The notes: generated by a model from the sequence alone, not told the origin. A DNA stretch of 64,000 nt from a virus (IMGVR_UViG_3300046522_000316:64001-128000); one strand, 5' to 3'. Counted from the first letter of the stretch, positions 47,495-55,779 are shown. Numbers and translations: made by a program.

Positions 47495-48001
47495 ATGGCT
47501 AAGCCAGCACCAAAGAAATCCGCCGCCAAATCCAAGCCAGCCCCGAAGAAAGCCGGCAAGAAAAAATCGGCTCCGGAAATCACCGCTGACGATCTGAACC
47601 TGATCAACATGGATGTGCTGTCGCAAATCCTGATCGCGTTCCAAGACAAAGGCTTCGAAACCATCGAAGACGTGATCGGCGCCGTGCAGCAACTGATCGA
47701 AAGCGAAGAGGAAGAGGAAGAAGAGGAAGAAGAGGAAGAAGAGGAAGAGGAAGAAGAGGAAGAGGAAGAGGAAGAGGAAGAGGAAGAAGAGGAAGAGGAA
47801 GAGGAAGAAGAGGAAGAGGAAGAGGAAGAGGAAGAAGAGGAAGAGGAAGAAGAGGAAGAGGAAGAGGAAGAGGAAGAGGAAGAAGAGGAAGAGGAAGAAG
47901 AGGAAGAAGAGGAAGAGGAAGAGGAAGAGGAAGAGGAAGAGGAAGAGGAAGAGGAAGAGGAAGAGGAAGAGGAAGAAGAGGAAGAGGAAGACGACGAATA
48001 A
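47495..48001 (+). CDS. Bipolar protein with a basic N-terminus and a 95-residue poly-Glu tract
   Basis: ATG at 47495 after a GGAG RBS; MAKPAPKK...IES-E95-DDE. Confidence 0.85.
   Translation: MAKPAPKKSAAKSKPAPKKAGKKKSAPEITADDLNLINMDVLSQILIAFQDKGFETIEDVIGAVQQLIESEEEEEEEEEEEEEEEEEEEEEEEEEEEEEEEEEEEEEEEEEEEEEEEEEEEEEEEEEEEEEEEEEEEEEEEEEEEEEEEEEEEEEEEEEEEEEEEDDE
47705..47989 (+). repeat. 285-bp pure-purine (GAA/GAG)n tract
   Basis: 95 consecutive GAR codons. Confidence 0.95.
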
Positions 48002-48065
48002 TCGTCTCTGATCTTCTGATCTGAACCGCTTCGAAATTCTCCGACTTCTTTCGATCTGAGAATTC

Positions 48066-48098
48066 AAGAAACCCGGTAAAATCGCCGGGTTTCTTTTC
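48066..48098 (+). terminator. Rho-independent terminator
   Basis: AAGAAACCCGG...CCGGGTTTCTTTT. Confidence 0.85.
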
Positions 48099-48141
48099 GC
48101 CTAAAATCGGCATTCTGAAAATTTAAGGGAACACGAACATC

Positions 48142-48747
48142 ATGGCTAAGAACGATCTGACCATTAACGGCAAATCCGAAATCGGTCGTCTGCGCAAGCA
48201 GCAGCGCGCTCTGGAACAATCCAGCAAAGCGCAAGAAAAAGCACTGGAAGTAACCAACGGCCAAGCAACCGAAGTTGCTGAGCAAATCGCTACCCTCGAA
48301 GCTCAACTGAGCGGCGAGCCGGTCAAAGCTGCCAAAGGCGGCAAGAAAGCCAAGGGCGACGACAAGCCAGCCAAAGGCGGCAAGAAAGCCAAGGCCGAAG
48401 AAAAGCCTGCCAAGAAATCCAAAAAAGACGCCGAAGAAAAACCGGCCAAAGGCGGCAAGAAAGCCAAAGCTGAAGACGTGAAGCCTGCCAAGAAGTCGAA
48501 GAAAGCTGACAAGGAAGACGCGGCCCCGGCCAAGAAATCCAAGAAAGCCGACAAAGACGAAGCTCCGGCCAAGAAGTCCAAAAAGGCTTCGAAAGAAGTA
48601 GAAGCGCCGAAGAAAAAGAAAAAATCCAAGGACGTTGAAACCGACGCTCCGAAGAAAAAGAAAAAGTCGAAAGACGCTGACGCCAAGAAAGTGAAAAAAG
48701 GCGACAAGAAAAAGAAATCCAAAGACTTCGACGAATTCGAAGACTAA
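48142..48747 (+). CDS. Lys-rich histone-like protein
   Basis: N-terminal coiled coil, then AKGGKKAK (3 copies) and PAKKSKK/PKKKKK repeats. Confidence 0.8.
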   Translation: MAKNDLTINGKSEIGRLRKQQRALEQSSKAQEKALEVTNGQATEVAEQIATLEAQLSGEPVKAAKGGKKAKGDDKPAKGGKKAKAEEKPAKKSKKDAEEKPAKGGKKAKAEDVKPAKKSKKADKEDAAPAKKSKKADKDEAPAKKSKKASKEVEAPKKKKKSKDVETDAPKKKKKSKDADAKKVKKGDKKKKSKDFDEFED

Positions 48748-48775
48748 TCTGGATCGCCGTCTAGGCTAACAGAAC

Positions 48776-48795
48776 GGGGGCCATTGGCCCCTTTT
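48776..48795 (+). terminator. Rho-independent terminator
   Basis: GGGGCC-ATT-GGCCCC-TTTT. Confidence 0.75.
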
Positions 48796-48800
48796 CTCGT

Positions 48801-49559
48801 ATGCACTGGCTGCACTCGTTAGACCACATCGTTTATCGCTTAGGGGCCGCATGCTTCACACAAACGGAATTCGCACGCGTACTATACGAACTTCGCGAAG
48901 ACCGTAAGCATGCCATGGCAATCGCCTTTGCAGAATCCCATCGCAGCGCCTTCCGTCAAACAGTCGCTAACTTGTCGCTGGATGACAAAGAAGAAACGAA
49001 GGCAAACAGGCTGCGCGCTCAAGCTACGATTATGGAAGACGGCGCACGTTCGTTGATCGCTCGCCCGGCTTTCGTTGCCGCACAAATCGAACTCAAGGCA
49101 ATCGAATATATCCTGAGTCTCGTTGAACCAAATGTGGCAAACATCCCCTACGATTTCATCGCCGTTCAGCGCACAGAAAACACCCTCGCGCTCTACTGGA
49201 AAGCATTTGTCGAAATGCGATCCTACAACGGCCAAATCAATTTCGATACCCGCTCGGAAATTCTCGGACGTGGCCTCACTCTGCCCAAATTCGATGGAAT
49301 CGAAACCCGCGACAACTTCCTGCACGAATTCAACCGGGGCGACCACAAAGCGCTGACGCTGCGTGACCTCGAATTTTTCTACATCACGGCATTGCAACAA
49401 ATCGAAAAATCGCCGCTCGTAAATTCCTACATGGAAGCGCTGACCGATGCCAACAACGATCCCGCTTTTCTCGGAAGTCTTCCGGAAAGCATCCGAACTC
49501 TTGAGCCAGTTGCAGACTGTAAAAGACTCAATAGTGACGTACCAAACTCTCGGGTATGA
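48801..49559 (+). CDS. Hypothetical protein
   Basis: 252-aa ORF. Confidence 0.7.
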   Translation: MHWLHSLDHIVYRLGAACFTQTEFARVLYELREDRKHAMAIAFAESHRSAFRQTVANLSLDDKEETKANRLRAQATIMEDGARSLIARPAFVAAQIELKAIEYILSLVEPNVANIPYDFIAVQRTENTLALYWKAFVEMRSYNGQINFDTRSEILGRGLTLPKFDGIETRDNFLHEFNRGDHKALTLRDLEFFYITALQQIEKSPLVNSYMEALTDANNDPAFLGSLPESIRTLEPVADCKRLNSDVPNSRV

Positions 49560-49767
49560 CGAACAGATTTTTACGTTCGTTGCCAGCCTCGATACCTCGA
49601 ACAATTCTGTGCGTCTCATTTATGACGTGACCCTGAATAACGAACCTGTCCGCTTGCTGGCCGAATTGCCGCCCACGGTGTTAGCGGACTACGGAATTTT
49701 TATCAGCCGCGTTCAACATTGGGAAAACGGCGGTGAAATGCATGAGTCACTTAGACACGATGATTAA
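49447..49767 (+). CDS. Hypothetical protein (start uncertain)
   Basis: Fills the gap; its 5' part overlaps the upstream ORF. Confidence 0.4.
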   Translation: MPTTIPLFSEVFRKASELLSQLQTVKDSIVTYQTLGYDEQIFTFVASLDTSNNSVRLIYDVTLNNEPVRLLAELPPTVLADYGIFISRVQHWENGGEMHESLRHDD

Positions 49768-50422
49768 CCATTTTAATTGTGGCTGCGTAGTGGTCGGGGA
49801 TATCCCTTCAATCACACGGTGCGAAGAGCATGGCGGTTGCATTGTCGCCTTCCACAATCAGAATGTGCCTGCACGCCGCTGGAGTAATGAGGCACAAGAC
49901 CTCAACGTGTGGCAGGGAACACTGCTGCACAATCTCCGCAAAATCAAAGACGAATGTTTTTCCTACATTTTCGCATACCCGGAACTCAACGCGCTCGGCC
50001 CCATGAATTTTCTACGGCCCGAAGCTTGGCGGAATGCGGATATGGAAATGATGCGCCACCTGAAACGCATTTTAAAACCGGGCGGCTACATTTCCTTTGT
50101 CGTTGATCCAAGCGTGCTGCATACAGTGACCTATCAAGTCAGCAAATTGAAAATGAAAATCGACGTGCGCGGTTGCATTCTTGATCGCTTCGACGCTTCC
50201 CCATCTTCGACGCTGGCCTACTCGGTCGCAGATGCCAAAGTGCATCTAATCGTGTACAACGAATATCGGGATAAAATCCCAAAATCGGGTAGCCGCATTC
50301 TGGATCTTAGCGGGCTGAAACTATCCTACGTTTTGAAACGGAAAAGGAAAAACAAATTACTGGTTCTAGCAGGACACCCGTACCACTTTGATAAAGTGAC
50401 GGCGCGTCTAGAGGACGCCTAA
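49733..50422 (+). CDS. DNA N6A/N4C methyltransferase-like protein, degenerate, with an N-terminal Cys/His cluster
   Basis: LRKIKDECFSYIFAYPE (cf. DPPY), RILKPGG and RILDLSG (cf. FxGxG). Confidence 0.6.
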   Translation: MKCMSHLDTMINHFNCGCVVVGDIPSITRCEEHGGCIVAFHNQNVPARRWSNEAQDLNVWQGTLLHNLRKIKDECFSYIFAYPELNALGPMNFLRPEAWRNADMEMMRHLKRILKPGGYISFVVDPSVLHTVTYQVSKLKMKIDVRGCILDRFDASPSSTLAYSVADAKVHLIVYNEYRDKIPKSGSRILDLSGLKLSYVLKRKRKNKLLVLAGHPYHFDKVTARLEDA

Positions 50423-51084
50423 TGGCAGTCAAGACGAAAAAGGTGAAGGTACAGTCGGTTAAGAAATCGAAAATCATCACCAAACCGAAAAAGACACAGG
50501 CCACACGCGAAGCAGAAAAGACCAAAGAGCGAAAGCGTAAATCGACAGCGGCCCCGGTGCGCTCTGCCGGTCGAATTAAAGTGGCGGGCATTCCGTACAA
50601 GCTGCGTAAGTTCGAAAACTTGGGCGCTCGCCCGATGCCCGAAACGTTCTTCACACGACAGGGCAAAAGTCTCAAGGATCTAATCCGAAATACGTTCCGC
50701 ATTTGCATCAACAATGCCGTGGACGTTGAGGCGCACCGTTACCAAAGCACCACGACGAAAGCCGGGCGCAAAGCCGTCAAAGGGATCATGTGGACGAATG
50801 ACCCGTTCCGCCCTGACCGCGTGCGTCGATACCACGAAACGTACATCGTGGGTCTGGATAAAAACGGCGAAAATAAACCACTGATGAAACACAAGCGGGT
50901 GCTTGTGCAATGCACGTGTGAAAACTACGTGTACTGGTGGGAATATGCGAACGCCCGTTGCGGTGCTGCGTACCTGATTTATTCCAACGGTGAACCGCCC
51001 GTGTGGACAAACCCCGGCATGTCGGTAGGCCTGTGCAAACATCTTGTGGCCCTGTCGAAAATTGTCATTGAAGAAAACCTCTGA
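50422..51084 (+). CDS. SWIM zinc-finger protein with a basic N-terminus
   Basis: VQCTCENY...GLCKHLVAL (CxCx(n)CxH). Confidence 0.8.
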   Translation: MAVKTKKVKVQSVKKSKIITKPKKTQATREAEKTKERKRKSTAAPVRSAGRIKVAGIPYKLRKFENLGARPMPETFFTRQGKSLKDLIRNTFRICINNAVDVEAHRYQSTTTKAGRKAVKGIMWTNDPFRPDRVRRYHETYIVGLDKNGENKPLMKHKRVLVQCTCENYVYWWEYANARCGAAYLIYSNGEPPVWTNPGMSVGLCKHLVALSKIVIEENL

Positions 51085-51091
51085 GGTATTC

Positions 51092-51514
51092 ATGAGCGAA
51101 ATTCAAAAAGAACTCGACGCAAAAGTCGCGGCACTTCCTGCAATGATCCGCAGTGTGTTCGGTCGCGACGGCGGCGTACAGTGGCCCATCATCGACACGC
51201 AGGCGCTTTCGTTTGATCTGGTCAACGAATTGCGCAACAAAACCCACGGCGATTTGTTTCTGATCGGCGTCGAAGTTGCTGACCACATTCGCTACACCAA
51301 CAGCGAAGCATATTTCACCGAGAACGATGGCAAGGAAGGCGCGCTGTATCCTTTCTTCGACGTTTCGTTTTCTGCATCGGGCCGTGAATCCGGCTTTGTC
51401 GGCACCCTGTTCGGCATGGACGTTTTCACGCATCCCGATATCGTGCCGAATGTTTTCGCGTGCGTGAAACAGGGCAACAAACCAATGGCCGTTATCGGTT
51501 ATGTGAAACTCTGA
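51092..51514 (+). CDS. Hypothetical protein
   Basis: ATG at 51092 with a GAGG RBS. Confidence 0.7.
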   Translation: MSEIQKELDAKVAALPAMIRSVFGRDGGVQWPIIDTQALSFDLVNELRNKTHGDLFLIGVEVADHIRYTNSEAYFTENDGKEGALYPFFDVSFSASGRESGFVGTLFGMDVFTHPDIVPNVFACVKQGNKPMAVIGYVKL

Positions 51515-51528
51515 AAAAGGAAACAGAA

Positions 51529-52020
51529 ATGACGCAAACAATTCTGGCGCAACTCACGACTGATCGTGACACCGCCCGCCTGCAAAGCCCGAAAGAAACT
51601 TACCCGATTCTGACTCGCGTACTGGGCGATTACGAACTCGGCGCCAAGGCCAAGAAACCACGCACGGGCGACGACGCTCTGCTGCTGATCATCAAAGGCC
51701 TGATCGCTGGCAACACCGAAACCATCGGCCTGCTGAAAAAGTCGCAGGGCGGCGAAAGCGAACACTCGGCTGAAATCCTGCGTCTGGAAAATCAAAGCCG
51801 TCTGCTGGCGAAATACATTCCGGCCAAGGCTGAAAAAGAAGTGTCCGACAACCCGGACATTCTGACCGAAGAGCAGTATCGTGAAATTCTCGCGAACAAC
51901 ACTTTCGCCGCGCTCGGCCAGTTCCACAAATTCCTGAAAGACAACTTCGCCGGTCGCACTGAAGGCGCTGTCGCTACCCGCGTTTTCAACGCTGTGCAAA
52001 AAGAAAAGGCTGGTGCGTAA
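51529..52020 (+). CDS. YqeY/GatB-like protein
   Basis: DDALLLIIK...E..LLAKYIP...LTEE...LGQ..K.LK..F.GR.EG. Confidence 0.7.
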   Translation: MTQTILAQLTTDRDTARLQSPKETYPILTRVLGDYELGAKAKKPRTGDDALLLIIKGLIAGNTETIGLLKKSQGGESEHSAEILRLENQSRLLAKYIPAKAEKEVSDNPDILTEEQYREILANNTFAALGQFHKFLKDNFAGRTEGAVATRVFNAVQKEKAGA

Positions 52021-52508
52021 TGGGCATGCCAACGCTTGCCGAAATTTACGCAATGCCGGAACCGATGCTGAGCGACAATTTCGACCTGCACGCAATCGGC
52101 GGTTGTCCGGAAGCGCTGGTCGCGTTGCCTAAATTCTTTCTGGATAACCACAAAGCATTTTCGCATCTGCATCGTACCTGCATCCGTGCCGAATGGCGCA
52201 AAGCCGCTGAAGGCGACCGCAGTGCGTTGACGCTGGTGTTCTTCGATATTCAAGGTGATCAAGAATATCTGGATACTCACGAAGCGTTCTGCGCTGACAT
52301 GGGCCAGCTGACTCTTCAGCAGTACGACCAAAAAGGCGAAGCAATTCGTCAGGTTATTTTCTCTGACCTGAAGTTTTCCGACGCTGTACAAAAACGCGAT
52401 GCTTCCGAAGGCCGTACCGGTGAACGCGCTGTAACGTTCAAGTACACGTCTGAACGAGTCGTCACGTTTGAATTCGCCACCGTCAAAGAAATTGCTTTGG
52501 ACAAGTGA
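52020..52508 (+). CDS. Possible tail-tube-like protein
   Basis: LAEIYAMPEPMLSDNFDL N-terminus and VTFKY C-terminus recall myovirus tube proteins. Confidence 0.45.
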   Translation: MGMPTLAEIYAMPEPMLSDNFDLHAIGGCPEALVALPKFFLDNHKAFSHLHRTCIRAEWRKAAEGDRSALTLVFFDIQGDQEYLDTHEAFCADMGQLTLQQYDQKGEAIRQVIFSDLKFSDAVQKRDASEGRTGERAVTFKYTSERVVTFEFATVKEIALDK

Positions 52509-52711
52509 GCGTAACCCGTCCGCGTAGCACTCCTTGCATTGGCAAATGTTCTCACAACGTTGGGGACGCCATTTGCAAGGGGTGCAAACGCACCATCGCA
52601 GAAGTCAGGGATTGGAATCGGTTTTCTCCCGACGAAAAAGTGCAAAGGATGGAAGAATTAAAGGTGCGCGACATTACGACATTCGTGATACCTGTGGAAC
52701 AACTCGACTAG
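52505..52711 (+). CDS. DUF1289-family Cys protein
   Basis: TPCIGKCS...CKGCKRTIAEVRDW. Confidence 0.8.
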   Translation: MSVTRPRSTPCIGKCSHNVGDAICKGCKRTIAEVRDWNRFSPDEKVQRMEELKVRDITTFVIPVEQLD

Positions 52712-52723
52712 CGAGAAAAATTC

Positions 52724-52984
52724 ATGAATCACCTGCAAATCGTGCTGGATGAATTCAACAATTTGGGGCGTGTTGCTGAAGCAGCTGGTAGCTCCACTGG
52801 CAACGGCGGTGATTTCCTCGGCCCTATTTCGGTTAGCGAATACGACGCCTGTGTAAGTGCAGCGCAAGTATTTTCCGGGCAGGTAGATGCAGACGTTATT
52901 CATCTGCTTGACGTTCGTGTGACCGAGGCTTCACCGGGTGTATACATTGCTCGCCTGACGGTTGTGTTAACCAAGGAGGCATAA
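52724..52984 (+). CDS. Hypothetical protein
   Basis: ORF in the operon. Confidence 0.65.
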   Translation: MNHLQIVLDEFNNLGRVAEAAGSSTGNGGDFLGPISVSEYDACVSAAQVFSGQVDADVIHLLDVRVTEASPGVYIARLTVVLTKEA

Positions 52985-52988
52985 AAAT

Positions 52989-53153
52989 ATGTTCCGAAAT
53001 AAACAACGTGGCTACATCGACTTCAGTGGTATCGGTACATTTCTGATTTGCGTGGGCGTCGTCGGTGGCATTTTGATCGGCGGCATTATTTTCAAAGTCA
53101 TTCCGTGGCTGTGGGATCTTTCGAAACCGTGGCTGCACCAAATCACAGGGTGA
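52989..53153 (+). CDS. 54-aa single-pass membrane protein with a prepilin-like leader
   Basis: MFRNKQRGYIDFSGIGTFLICVGVVGGILIGGIIFKVIPWLWDLSKPWLHQITG; AGGAGG RBS; absent from the ORF track. Confidence 0.7.
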   Translation: MFRNKQRGYIDFSGIGTFLICVGVVGGILIGGIIFKVIPWLWDLSKPWLHQITG

Positions 53154-53158
53154 AGACT

Positions 53159-53668
53159 ATGCAACATCGCAGTATTACCGATGAAGACTTGCGCGACTTT
53201 CTGGAAGACGAAAACATCACCGACATTTCTTTCGTGGCGCAGGGCCAAGTCCCGTACCACAACGGTGTGCAGCTTTTCGAAAAAGAATACGTCGGTCAAG
53301 GCCCTGACGTAGATTCCGCAATTGAAGGCGCCATGGCTACGTTCAGTGCTGAATATCGCGGCGAACGCGTCTACACTCGCGGCGTTCAGTTGTCCTCTAC
53401 TGACTCCGGCATTCTCGCTGTGTTCGTCGCGGCGATTCGTCCGGCTCCGAAAAACTTCAGCCAAATCCTCAACGATTTGAAGAAAGGCGCACAAGCCCGC
53501 CGCGCTGGCTGGAACGGTGCAGGCCAGTGTGTTTATCTGGAACGCTTCGCAGATTTCGACGTGAGTTTCGAACCGTGTTTCGTTCTGCATAACGCGCAAG
53601 GCAAATTGCAACCGGGTTGGATTCCGTCCATGGGTGATCTGCTGGCCGAAGACTGGGAAATCGCGTAA
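53159..53668 (+). CDS. tad2: DUF2829 / Tad2-like anti-defence sponge domain fused to an N-terminal domain
   Basis: NFSQILNDLKKGAQARRAGWNG...VYL...PGWIPSMGDLLAEDW. Confidence 0.8.
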   Translation: MQHRSITDEDLRDFLEDENITDISFVAQGQVPYHNGVQLFEKEYVGQGPDVDSAIEGAMATFSAEYRGERVYTRGVQLSSTDSGILAVFVAAIRPAPKNFSQILNDLKKGAQARRAGWNGAGQCVYLERFADFDVSFEPCFVLHNAQGKLQPGWIPSMGDLLAEDWEIA

Positions 53669-53910
53669 TGATCAAAATCACCAGCGTTGCCGCCTCGGAA
53701 TTGAATGCACACATTGAAAAAATGAATGCCGCAACCCGTGACTGGACAGACCGGGCGGCACGCGGTGAATGCAGTTGGATTTGTGCCGACTGCTGCTGTA
53801 CTTTTCCAAATGGTATGCCTGACGATTGCGCACACGGGCACGACTTCTGCACACAGATAATCCAACGCGACAAACAGCGCGCCATGCGTGACGGTAATGA
53901 ACCATCTTAA
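53668..53910 (+). CDS. Cys/His-rich small protein
   Basis: CSWICADCCC...CAHGHDFC. Confidence 0.65.
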   Translation: MIKITSVAASELNAHIEKMNAATRDWTDRAARGECSWICADCCCTFPNGMPDDCAHGHDFCTQIIQRDKQRAMRDGNEPS

Positions 53911-53921
53911 CGGAGGAAAAA

Positions 53922-54935
53922 ATGTCTGCTGATAAAAATATGACCGGCGAACAAATTCAGCAGATTATGGATATGTTTCTGTACAAGGCACTCGAACCAC
54001 TTGTCCTGTACACGAATATTTTCGATCCGCAAGTTGAGTATCTGTTGCTGCTGGTAGCGACCAACCGTAAACGCAAGCTGAGTTCGTTGGATCGTGGTGA
54101 AGCCGTGGAAAAGCTCGCGGCCTATCTCAGTGTTCAGGATCGCAAGCAGAAATTCGAGTTCATTCGTGCGGCTCGCGTGGAAAGATTTTTCATCCACAAG
54201 TTTCTGATTTCGTTCACTGAACAAAACATGGGCTACGTGAAACGCTACAAGGAATTCTTGCTGAATCCTACCAAGGAAAAGAAGATTGCCCTTGACCGTG
54301 ACGCGGTGCTGATCGGGATGTGTGAGCGCTCGGCACTCTACAACACCCTGCAAATTTGCAACGCGTACCTGAAACGTTTTTACGTGTACCGAAATTCTGT
54401 CGTTGACCTGTACGTGAAGAACGCCAACAAGTGGGCGAAGGCTCACGTGATCGGTGCGCAAGGCCGGTCGAGTTTCAAAGACCTTGTGCAGTCGATTATC
54501 AAGGCTGTAATCACGGCGATGGATAAATACGACAGTCGAAAAGGTGCCTTAACTTCCTACGTCACGTTCTGGACAAAAAACGCGATGAAGGCGAGTAAAG
54601 AACACGAATATGGCGTGGCTTACACTGTGCCGCAAGCGCAGAAGAAAAAGCTTTTCGAGGGGACTAGCCACCACGTCAATTTCAGTGTGAGCCTCGACAC
54701 GATTTACGGCGACGATGACGACGAAGGTTCAAGCATGGCCCTGCATTCTGTTCTGGCGCCGGGCCACACGCTGGAAAAAGGAATCGAAGTCGAACAAAGT
54801 CGCTCGCTTGTGCAGATGCTTGCGAAAAAAGTAGATCCGATGGGCATCGCTCGGTTGAGTCTGGATATTGGCGAGCATTTTACGCCAGAAGAACAGGCAA
54901 TTATGCGCCAGCACATGCTCGAAGAAAAACTGTAA
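53922..54935 (+). CDS. Phage RNA polymerase sigma70-family factor (regions 2-3; region 4 apparently truncated)
   Basis: DLVQ...AMDKYDSRKG.LTSYVTFW.KN (region 2); VSLDTIYGDDD (region 3.2). Confidence 0.82.
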   Translation: MSADKNMTGEQIQQIMDMFLYKALEPLVLYTNIFDPQVEYLLLLVATNRKRKLSSLDRGEAVEKLAAYLSVQDRKQKFEFIRAARVERFFIHKFLISFTEQNMGYVKRYKEFLLNPTKEKKIALDRDAVLIGMCERSALYNTLQICNAYLKRFYVYRNSVVDLYVKNANKWAKAHVIGAQGRSSFKDLVQSIIKAVITAMDKYDSRKGALTSYVTFWTKNAMKASKEHEYGVAYTVPQAQKKKLFEGTSHHVNFSVSLDTIYGDDDDEGSSMALHSVLAPGHTLEKGIEVEQSRSLVQMLAKKVDPMGIARLSLDIGEHFTPEEQAIMRQHMLEEKL

Positions 54936-54944
54936 ATAAACTGA

Positions 54945-55139
54945 GTGATGTTCATGAAAGAAAAAAGCAAAGTCGCAGTTGTCGATTTCCAAAATCCGCG
55001 TGACGCACAGGGCAACATCGTGCTTTTCCTGACGACTGAAGAACGCGCCCAACAGATTGCAGCAGAGGCCTACGAAAAGGCACTTAAAAACGTACTGGAA
55101 CGCGCAGCCTCTGTCTACTGGCCGGGCGATCCGACATAA
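54945..55139 (+). CDS. Hypothetical protein
   Basis: 64-aa ORF. Confidence 0.55.
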   Translation: MMFMKEKSKVAVVDFQNPRDAQGNIVLFLTTEERAQQIAAEAYEKALKNVLERAASVYWPGDPT

Positions 55140-55151
55140 AGGGATTACACC

Positions 55152-55778
55152 ATGAGCAATTTGCTTGCACACGCTGACCGTGAATTCGCAATCACCATGC
55201 GGAACATGCGGGCCAATCCGGAAAACGACGAAAGCGATTTGACGATGCAGGAACACATGCATCAAAACGTGCGTGAAATTCTGGAAGTAGTTTCCCGTCA
55301 GGGGCACACCGGTTTCAGCATCAATTTTCTGTTCCAGATGGTTCAGAAAGTTGGAATGTTTGAACCGCTTTCTCCGATCCTCGGCACCGACGACGAATGG
55401 GTTGACGTTGCCAATATCAGCGGCGGGCAACCGATGTTGCAGAACGCTCGCTGTGGTCACATTTTCCGTGATGGTGATTCAGGGGCTTACGATTCCACCG
55501 GTCGCATTGTCGTTTGTGAAGACGGCCAGACCGTGACGAATTATCAGAGCCGGGTTTACATCGAATTTCCGTATGTGCCGACTCGGGTTTACGCCCCGCA
55601 TGGTGAAGACCTAGAACGTTTCACCCGCGCCGGTATTGTGGTTGGTGACGACTACAAAACTGCCGACGAAGTTCGCGAACTTTACAAGGTTCTGAAACGC
55701 ACGGAAGAATTGCGCGAAGCTGGGCAAGCATTTGTTGCAGAAGTAGCGGCAACCGGCCTACCCAACGTAGACGAATAA
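55152..55778 (+). CDS. Hypothetical phage protein
   Basis: HADRE...QGHTGFS...FEPLSPILGTDDEW...QNARC...FPY pattern. Confidence 0.75.
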   Translation: MSNLLAHADREFAITMRNMRANPENDESDLTMQEHMHQNVREILEVVSRQGHTGFSINFLFQMVQKVGMFEPLSPILGTDDEWVDVANISGGQPMLQNARCGHIFRDGDSGAYDSTGRIVVCEDGQTVTNYQSRVYIEFPYVPTRVYAPHGEDLERFTRAGIVVGDDYKTADEVRELYKVLKRTEELREAGQAFVAEVAATGLPNVDE

Positions 55779-55779
55779 A

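Noticed and set aside
47489-48113. Poly-(FL) and poly-(LP) ORFs on the - strand
   Set aside because: Reverse-frame readings of the GAR tract; no RBS or operon context
19718-49524. One-mismatch motif variants (ACTGTAAAA at about 19719 and 49516, AATGTAAAT at 25208, ACTGTAAAG at 38500, GCTGTAAAC at 46663)
   Set aside because: Not counted among the 18 exact sites because near-matches are expected by chance; 25208 may still be functional
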